From IMG/VR virus record IMGVR_UViG_3300020044_000427, positions 1 through 36,501 of that record: 36,501 nt of DNA, one strand, 5' to 3'. This document shows, piece by piece, positions 1-7,600 of this stretch (positions are counted from its first letter, which is position 1; every line of letters begins with the position of its first letter). Source of the DNA: a virus (taxonomy: Duplodnaviria > Caudoviricetes). The position numbers and the translations under genes were made by a program. Under the pieces are notes generated by a model. It saw only the letters and a list, made by a program, of their open reading frames with translations. It did no database searches and was not told the DNA's origin.

Positions 1-154
1 GATCGAAGAGCATAACGTGCCATTTCTGCTTGAGAAGCGCCTGCACAATGGTAACATCAAGCAGTTCATGGAGGATAATCCGGGCGTCCTTCCAGTCGGC
101 CTACAGGTCGATAACAAGTACGTAGTCCATGTCCGGAAACCAACCGAGAAGTAA
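1..154 (+). CDS. C-terminal part of a conserved phage replication-module protein (5' partial)
   Basis: Frame from base 2 reads IEEHNVPFLLEKRLHNGNIKQFMEDNPGVLPVGLQVDNKYVVHVRKPTEK* (TAA 152-154); the stop overlaps the next gene's RBS. Confidence 0.7.
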   Translation, partial: IEEHNVPFLLEKRLHNGNIKQFMEDNPGVLPVGLQVDNKYVVHVRKPTEK

Positions 155-164
155 GGAGCAAACT

Positions 165-326
165 ATGGATGAGATAGATGAAGCGATGCGCGAGGACGAC
201 CAACGTAAAACTGCATTGCAGTTAGCGATTGCGTACCGGGCCACCGTGGACACCCCGATTTCCCCCCAAGATACCGTCAGCATAGCTGAAGTGTTTTACC
301 CGTTCCTCAAAGGAGAAACCAAGTGA
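165..326 (+). CDS. Small hypothetical protein (53 aa)
   Basis: TAAGGAG RBS at 152-158 before ATG 165; stop overlaps the GTG start of the next gene (GTGA). Confidence 0.7.
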   Translation: MDEIDEAMREDDQRKTALQLAIAYRATVDTPISPQDTVSIAEVFYPFLKGETK

Positions 327-1237
327 ACGAGATTACTATTTTTGACCAGCCCACTGAGGGCGGCTTCGTCCGGCGTGAGTCGGGCCGTATGGATCGCATG
401 GGTGGCAGTGGGGTAACCTCACGCCGCATTAAGATTAGCAACGGACGCGTCTTCAAGCGCGTTGTCAACGGCGAAGAGATCGGTAAGGCTGTCGATAAGC
501 AGCTTGATGTCATCATCGTCGATTGGCTTCTTGACCCAAGCCGTAAGTTCTATGCCGGTGCCTACGATAAAAACGCTAAGGCAACTCTACCTGATTGTTG
601 GTCGAACGACGGTATTAATCCAGAAAGCTCAGCCAAAGCTCCGCAAGCTAAGTCCTGCATGGAATGCCCCAAGAACGTGAAGGGTTCCGGCTCTAACGGT
701 CAGGGTAAGGCTTGCCGTTATGAGCGTCGTCTGGCTGTGCTCGTCGCTGGTGATCCATCGGGTGACGTTTACCAGATCACGGTCCCCGGCGGTTCTCTGT
801 TTAGCAACAACAACGGCAACCTTTATGGGTTTGAAGGTTATAAGAAATTCCTGCTGGCTAATAATGCAGCCCCCGACACGGTTGTAACTAGCCTTATCTA
901 TGACCTCGAAACCGACACGGCCAAGCTGTGGTTCAAGGCAGCGAGCTATTTGAACCCGCAGCAAGCTGCTGCTGTGGACGTTGCGCAGAAGGACCCTACC
1001 ACGGATCGTTACCTCAAGCTGACGGCTGCGGCAGTGGATGGAGCCAAGGCTATTGCTGCTCCGGAACCTGTGGCTGCTATTGCACCGGCCATTGCGTCGG
1101 TTAATCCGTTTGGTGACGATGATGATGCTGATGAGGAAGCTCCCGTCAAGCGTGCCACCAAGAAAGAAACTCCTGCTGCTCCCAAGGCTGAACTGAACGA
1201 AGTTCTTGGTGACTGGCTCGATGATGACGAGGGTTAA
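323..1237 (+). CDS. Putative ssDNA-binding/annealing protein with Cys (Zn) motif and acidic tail
   Basis: AAGGAG RBS; CWSNDG...SCMECPKN...GKACRY Cys cluster; Ala/Pro linker; acidic C-terminus (DDDDADEE, DWLDDDEG); located in the replication module. Confidence 0.6.
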   Translation: MNEITIFDQPTEGGFVRRESGRMDRMGGSGVTSRRIKISNGRVFKRVVNGEEIGKAVDKQLDVIIVDWLLDPSRKFYAGAYDKNAKATLPDCWSNDGINPESSAKAPQAKSCMECPKNVKGSGSNGQGKACRYERRLAVLVAGDPSGDVYQITVPGGSLFSNNNGNLYGFEGYKKFLLANNAAPDTVVTSLIYDLETDTAKLWFKAASYLNPQQAAAVDVAQKDPTTDRYLKLTAAAVDGAKAIAAPEPVAAIAPAIASVNPFGDDDDADEEAPVKRATKKETPAAPKAELNEVLGDWLDDDEG

Positions 1238-1480
1238 ATGATGCAGGGTTACACCATCCGTGTAGCCGAGGCGATTAACAGCGCTGACGGTAATCTCGTG
1301 GGAGTCCAACTTGGACGCTTGTGTATCAAGCACGACATCTCGGTGTCGCAAGTGGCTCGTAACCTCGGGGTTACTCGTCAGACGGTTTATAGTTGGTTCA
1401 GCGGTAGGTCCGAGCCGCAGGTGTATTACGCTACATCTATGCGCCGGATGATCGAAGAGCTTACACAAACCAACACCTGA
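1238..1480 (+). CDS. Cro/XRE-type helix-turn-helix DNA-binding protein
   Basis: ISVSQVARNLGVTRQTVYSWFSG is a typical HTH signature. Confidence 0.8.
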   Translation: MMQGYTIRVAEAINSADGNLVGVQLGRLCIKHDISVSQVARNLGVTRQTVYSWFSGRSEPQVYYATSMRRMIEELTQTNT

Positions 1481-1536
1481 TCCTCGGTACAATTATAAAC
1501 TATTAGCGAGCGCTGCTCGCAACGGAGAGCATTTCG

Positions 1537-4377
1537 ATGGAGAACGTAGACCTCCTAGACATTGTACAGCCAACCACTGGTTGGTTTGCTGTGCTTGGTA
1601 TTAAGGGGCCACGTGACGTCCGACAGGAGTTAGTTTCCACACGAAGGGAAGTTGACGAACTGGCAGAGCAATATGTCGCAGAGGGCCGCAATGTCTTCTT
1701 CGGTGTAGCCAAGTACGCAACGGGGGATAACCGCACCAAAGAAAACGTCAGAGCGCTTAAGGCTTTCTGGCTGGACATTGATTGTGGGGAAGCCAAGGCA
1801 CAGGTCAATCCGGAAACGGGTAGGCCAGATGGGTATATCAATCAGGCCGCTGGTCTGCAGGCGCTTAAAGAGTTTTGTTCCGTCGTCGGGCTACCAAAGC
1901 CCACGCTGGTTAACTCAGGCGGCGGGCTGCATGTCTACTGGCCGCTAGAAGAAGAGATCACACGGGACGAATGGGAACCTGTGGCCGAACGCTTCAAGGA
2001 TGTATGCCGCACCCAGAACTTCTACGTGGACGACAAGGTGTTTGAGGTAGCGCGCATACTGCGCATACCGGGCACTTATAACTTCAAAGAAGAGACGCCA
2101 CGGCCTGTAAGCATAATAGCAGTTGGTAAGCCAACAACGCTGGATGACTTCCGGCGCATACTCGGCGTGGTGGATAAGCCTAAGCGGTCTATCTTCGACG
2201 ACAACTATGAAGCCAGTCCCCGCGAACTCGCAATGTACAACGGTATCGGCTACAGCTTTAAGCGTATCATGCAGCGTACGGCCAAGGGGGATGGGTGTAA
2301 CCAGCTTCTGCACGCCTATAAGAACCGCGCCACCATTAGTTATTACGAGTGGTTCTATGCGCTGTCCGTGGCTGCGATGTGTGAGGATGCTGACAAGGCT
2401 GTCCACATGATGTCGGATGGTTATCCGGACTATGACCCAGATACGGTTGAGAGCAAGGTAGCTACCATCCGGAAGGCGACTAGCTGTGCCAAGTTCAAGA
2501 GCGTCAACCCAGAGATATGCGAAGGTTGTCCGCACTTTGGCAAGATCATGGGGCCAAAGGAATTAGGTAGGCAGATCAAGGAAGCCACGACCGATATAAT
2601 CGAGGTGGAGACAGAGGAAGGCGAAGTAGAAGCCTTCACCGTGCCGAAATACCCTAAGCCCTATTACAGGGGCGACGGGGGCGGTATCTGGTGGGAGCCA
2701 AGCAAGAAGGCCGAAGATGATGAGGCTATGCCGGTACAGGTCTATGAGTACGACCTTTATCCGGTGAAGATCATGGATGATAGTATTGATGGAAACGTCG
2801 TGCTGTTCCGGTTGCACCTTCCCCACAACAACACCAAAGAATTTATTTCCCCGCTTAAGCATGTGCTCGACCCAACGGAACTACGCAAAGTGCTTAGTTC
2901 TAAGGGCGTCATCAGCACTGGTAAGAAGCAGGCACACCTGTTGGAGTTCACGGCACTTATGCTCAAGGACCTCCAAGTTAAGTATAAGGAGCAAATCATG
3001 CGTCAGCAATTCGGCTGGGCCGACAATAGCAGCAAGTTCATCATCGGTAGCCAAGAGATCAATGTCGATGGGATTGCGTACTCGCCACCATCCAAGACCA
3101 CGAGACCGCTTGCCAAGTTCATGGGGCCTGTAGGCTCGTACGAGCGTTGGAAAGAAATCTGGGCGCTCTATAACACACCGGGCCTCGAGCCTCACGCCTT
3201 TGCCGCGCTTAGTGCCTTTGGCTCTCCGCTGCTGCGCTTCCTGAACCAGACAGGGGCAGTCATCAACTTGTTCAACCCGCGCTCCGGTACGGGTAAATCC
3301 ACGATCCTTAATATGGTGAACAGCGTCTACGGCCACCCCAAGGAACTGCGCTTGAAGCAGAACGACACGCTTAATGGGCGTTTGCAATGGGTAGGTATAC
3401 TTAACAATATTCCGCCGACGATGGACGAACTGACCAACATGACTCCGATAGAGTATTCCGACTTCCTCTACGCCTTGTCGAACGGGAAGGGTAAGGAGCG
3501 TATGCAGGCTGGTACCAACGAGCTTCGTGAGAACAACACCACGTGGCAATCAATTACTGTAGCTACATCAAATGCTTCGTTTGCGGAAAAGCTGTCGGTC
3601 ATCAAGAACAACCCAGAAGGCGAACTCATGCGCCTAATTGAGTACCCCATCAACAAGGTGGAGGCGCTTAACACGGCTGGGGCCAAGCAGATGTTCGACC
3701 GTGACCTTTTCCATAACTACGGCCACGCCGGGGTGCATTTCACACGGTATGTGCTTGAGAATATGGAGCGCGTCCAACGTAGGTGCGACAACCTACAAGA
3801 GAAGATTGACCGCGAGCTTCAGCTTGAACCAAAGGAACGCTTCTGGTCTGCAACGACGGCAGCCAATATCGCAGGCGGTCTTGTCGCTGCTGAGTGTGGG
3901 ATCATGGACTGGGATATGGACCGCGTCTATATGTATGCATGTGGCCTGATCGACGACCTACGGCGCAATGGCGTGACCCCAGTGGACGATGTGCGTCAGA
4001 CGGTGGCGGACTATCTCTACCGCAACATCCAGAATATTCTCGTTGTCAATGGAGAAGTTGACCGTCGCACCCATATGCAAGCAGCACCGCTGCGCGAACC
4101 GAGGGGTGAGTTGCTGGTACGCATCGAGCCAGACACCAAGCGTATGTTCATCATCGCTAAGTCGTTCAAGGATTATTGCGTCAAGTTCCAGATTAACTAC
4201 CTCGAGACCGTCAAGAAGCTGGAAACCGAGGGGCGTATCATTGAGAAGAAACCCATCCGCTTATCCAAGGGGACGGCGATCAGTGGGGAACCAATCCACT
4301 GCTTGTGGTTTAAGATTGATGACGAGTTCGTAGATACCACGCAGTACGGTGGTACCCAAGTGGCAGATGCTGATTGA
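1537..4377 (+). CDS. Primase-helicase fusion (RepB/AEP-like primase, Cys-rich domain, DUF927/P-loop ATPase), 946 aa
   Basis: FWLDID and LVNSGGGLHVYWPL primase motifs, RILRIPGTYN; SCAKF...ICEGCP; QFGW motif; Walker A SGTGKST; Walker B-like TMDE; NGKGKERM. Confidence 0.85.
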   Translation: MENVDLLDIVQPTTGWFAVLGIKGPRDVRQELVSTRREVDELAEQYVAEGRNVFFGVAKYATGDNRTKENVRALKAFWLDIDCGEAKAQVNPETGRPDGYINQAAGLQALKEFCSVVGLPKPTLVNSGGGLHVYWPLEEEITRDEWEPVAERFKDVCRTQNFYVDDKVFEVARILRIPGTYNFKEETPRPVSIIAVGKPTTLDDFRRILGVVDKPKRSIFDDNYEASPRELAMYNGIGYSFKRIMQRTAKGDGCNQLLHAYKNRATISYYEWFYALSVAAMCEDADKAVHMMSDGYPDYDPDTVESKVATIRKATSCAKFKSVNPEICEGCPHFGKIMGPKELGRQIKEATTDIIEVETEEGEVEAFTVPKYPKPYYRGDGGGIWWEPSKKAEDDEAMPVQVYEYDLYPVKIMDDSIDGNVVLFRLHLPHNNTKEFISPLKHVLDPTELRKVLSSKGVISTGKKQAHLLEFTALMLKDLQVKYKEQIMRQQFGWADNSSKFIIGSQEINVDGIAYSPPSKTTRPLAKFMGPVGSYERWKEIWALYNTPGLEPHAFAALSAFGSPLLRFLNQTGAVINLFNPRSGTGKSTILNMVNSVYGHPKELRLKQNDTLNGRLQWVGILNNIPPTMDELTNMTPIEYSDFLYALSNGKGKERMQAGTNELRENNTTWQSITVATSNASFAEKLSVIKNNPEGELMRLIEYPINKVEALNTAGAKQMFDRDLFHNYGHAGVHFTRYVLENMERVQRRCDNLQEKIDRELQLEPKERFWSATTAANIAGGLVAAECGIMDWDMDRVYMYACGLIDDLRRNGVTPVDDVRQTVADYLYRNIQNILVVNGEVDRRTHMQAAPLREPRGELLVRIEPDTKRMFIIAKSFKDYCVKFQINYLETVKKLETEGRIIEKKPIRLSKGTAISGEPIHCLWFKIDDEFVDTTQYGGTQVADAD

Positions 4378-4561
4378 GGGTGTAACCTACGAAATTAACT
4401 GGCGGGGGTTCAAAAAGGGGACCTCCGTCTTCTTCCCGTGCCTAGACCCAGACCGCGCCAAAACACAACTGATGGTGGTCACCGAGCGCCTGAGGGTCAA
4501 GGTCTTGGTAAAGCCGGTTATAGAAGAGGGGATTAGGGGTTTACGCGTTTGGCGAATGTGA
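4367..4561 (+). CDS. Small conserved hypothetical protein (64 aa), possibly DNA-binding
   Basis: ATG 4367 overlaps the end of the primase gene; MLIEGVTYEINW...GTSVFFPCLD...GLRVWRM; last gene before the terminator. Confidence 0.65.
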   Translation: MLIEGVTYEINWRGFKKGTSVFFPCLDPDRAKTQLMVVTERLRVKVLVKPVIEEGIRGLRVWRM

Positions 4562-4572
4562 GTATATAGTGT

Positions 4573-4636
4573 GGGACAGTTTGCTCCTGTCGCTTAATGA
4601 AAGACCCCGTTGGCCACCTCGACGGGGTCTTTTTTA
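4573..4636 (+). ncRNA. Candidate small RNA with an anti-Shine-Dalgarno hairpin followed by a terminator
   Basis: TTTACG(4540)-17 bp-TATATAGT upstream; hairpin GACAG/CTGTC (4575-4591) spanning AGTTTGCTCCT; ends at the terminator. Confidence 0.35.
4600..4636 (+). terminator. Rho-independent terminator between convergent early and late transcription units (possibly bidirectional)
   Basis: AAAGACCCCGT...ACGGGGTCTTT stem followed by a T-run; the large - strand gene stops at 4634. Confidence 0.85.
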
Positions 4637-7600
4637 TTGCTTCTCAGTTTCGAGGCGACGCAGATAGAGATCGCTCAGGTAGGGGGTCTTCACACCCTTG
4701 GGGTCCATGGGCAGTCCACGAGTGCCATAGCTTTCGACAGCGTTGTTCACCGCATTGTTTTGGACCTCATAGAACGAATCCAGCCCAATCACATGGGTCG
4801 GATAGGTCTGATTGAACTCAACCCACTCCTTCACGATTTGCTGCTGCGCAGCCTCTGTCTCTGGAGTAACACCATACTGGTAGCGGTCGAGCGCAGTCTT
4901 ACGGAGTTTGTTCAGGAAGTCCGCACGGGCCTTCTCGATCTTGACGTTGATAGACTTGGCTTCATAGTTCTGCTGCTGCCTCTGGTCAGCTTCGGTCGAA
5001 GCAAAGCTAAGGGCTTGGAGGATAGCCTTATCACTGCTCCAGAAGTCCGCATCCATACCAACTAATTCACGGTTGTAGTTTGTCTGCCCTTCGGTAGCAA
5101 AGCGGTTGGCCTTGGCCACGTTACCAAATAGCTTAGGTAGCCGCTCCAAAGCACGGTCGGTGTAACCGTTCATCAAGTCTTTACCGGCCTTGATGTAGTC
5201 CAAGACCACGTTACCAGCCGCACCGGTTACGGCGCTGAACGTATAGTCCACTACTTTGCCTTCCGGCGTATCAGCACGGGACTCCCTTGGTAGGAAGAAC
5301 ATGAAGTCCAGTGCCACCGAGTTGGATAGGTCGATGTCGGTGATGGCCGAGATCGGCCCTTTCTCGACCGAACGTGCCAAAACTTCAGCAGTGCCGTCGT
5401 CCAAATCAAATAGATTAGCAACCGTGCCATCCGGCCCAAAGGTCTTTGGTATCCAGACGTTCCGGACCCACCAGTCAATGTTATAGGTGGCCTTGATGTT
5501 GCCGTCCTCGTCGATGTAGCTGAGACCACCTTCTTCCTCATCGTCGTCAAACGCCCATAGCAACAGGCTAGCAATGGTGGTGGCGATACCGTACAACGGC
5601 ACTCCGGTAAGACCTGCATAGAGTCCGATGTTGAACAACACGCCAGTCGCAGTCTGGATAGCAGCTTTCCGCTCTCCGGGTTCAAGTCCGCTAACCTTAA
5701 TAGCCGTGTACATGTTCCGTGCCAGCAGCGACGTCATCATGTACGGGTAGCTCATGAACTGCCCCGCCAGACGCCCTACCCCTGTGTTGAGGACACGTGG
5801 TTTGTTATATGACGAGAAGTCGAACGTAGCTGCTAGTGTGGTACCCACAGCCGCTTCGATGGCGTTCTTCTTTGCTTCGGCGTGGGCCTGACCCTTCTTC
5901 TTATTCTCCCGGTACGCTAGTTCCAGCGCGGCCATATAGGTAGCCTCGCGGTTCACACGCTCCATCTGGTGCATCAGCGTACCCATGGCCTCGAAAGCGA
6001 AGGTCGTGCCACGCCAAGCAGCCGTATGAACACGGCCCTTCATAAGCTCTTGAAGAGCGCTACTCTGCTGGGGGTCATTGTTGCCGTAACCGCCAATCTG
6101 GTTGGCGAAGGTATCCATATAAAGATTTAGATCGCGGCCTTCGTTCCACCCTTCCGATAGCACTTCGTAGAGTTCCGGATCGCTTTCTTCCTTGAGCGCC
6201 GAGATCGGGTTGTCGAGCAGGTTGGGTTGCTCCCAATCAAAGGTAAACCTACCATCCTCTCGCTTGATTGCCTTCAATGGGCTGACAACAAAACCTCCAA
6301 GGCTAGAGAAGCCATACTTGGAGAGCGCCGCCGTAGCCTTGGCCGAGCCATACTTCTGGGCCAGCATGGGTAGTGCCACGATATGAAGCTGCGTAAGCTG
6401 GATGAGCGCAGTCTTAGGGTTAGCGAGATACTGGTAGAAGGCCATCTTGTTACCAAGCTGGATAGCGCCCTCCCAATAAGGGTTGCCCCGCTCAGGTGGC
6501 ATCAGGTCGCTCAACGTGCGGAGTTCGACTTCCTTGATGAAGGCGTTCATCTTCTCGCGGTCAGGCATATCCTTGACCATATCCTTGGCTCGGGAAATCT
6601 CCGTCCGTAGCTTCTCTCCGAACTGGGCGCGTTTCACATCGTTAATGGACGAGCGCCGGAAGTTAGCAAAGTTTTTCAGGATGTCAGTGCTGTAACCAGC
6701 ACGCATTTTACGCGGAGCCATGTGCTTGCGCATATCACCAGCCGACATGGTCTGAAGCCACAGGTCAAAGACTTGGCTCTTGAGCGCGCCGAGGTCTTTC
6801 TGATCGCCCTCAAACAGGTCGAGAACTTCCTTCAGCGGACCACCCGCCGTCTGCCCAAACTGGTTGCGGAGGTCTTCCACATTCCCAGTCTCGGTAACTT
6901 CTTCGCCACGTGACTCCATTACACGTACGAACTTATTCCGTTGGGTTGGGGTCTCAAACAGTTTGAAGATGCTATTGGCCCCCGTACCCACACGGGCGTA
7001 GTACGAACCAAAGCGCATAGCCGGGAAGTAAATGACCTGCTCCCGTGCCGGTTTGAACTGCGCTTCGAGCTTCTCCAATGCCTCGTCGAGTGCCTCGTCT
7101 TTCTTGGTCTCCATAAGGCGCAAACGCAGCGCATCATACTTGGCTTCCAAGTCGCGTCGATGGCCATCCCGCAAGAGCTTAAAGACTTCACGACCTTTAC
7201 CACTACCAAACTCCGGACGGCCAAGGTCACGCCAGCCAAGGACACGTTCGTCACCGGGGACACCTACGTAGACGCTCTCGATATCTTTGGAACGGTTCTT
7301 AAGTTTTGCCTCGAGACGCCCTTTTTTCTTAGGGTCTTTCTCGGTCTTGATCTGTGCCCTAAGTTCCTTGGCTTTACCGTCTACCTTGGCAAAATACTCC
7401 TCTGGGGTCGCTGCCTTTGTCGGGTCAACCTGATACGCCACAGTGGCAAACTCAAGGTCCGATAGAGCCTGCGCAGCCTTGGGATACTTTTTCAGGAAGT
7501 CAGCGACTTGTTCCAACTCGTCGGCAAGCTTTAAGTATTCCTTGGTCTGGAACCGAGTGACATCCTGCTGGATAATACGGTCAGCTTCAGTGAGGCCCGG

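Noticed and set aside
629-1492. 287-aa antisense ORF and many other overlapping ORFs in the track
   Set aside because: They are shadows of well-supported opposite-strand genes, with no RBS or recognisable motif
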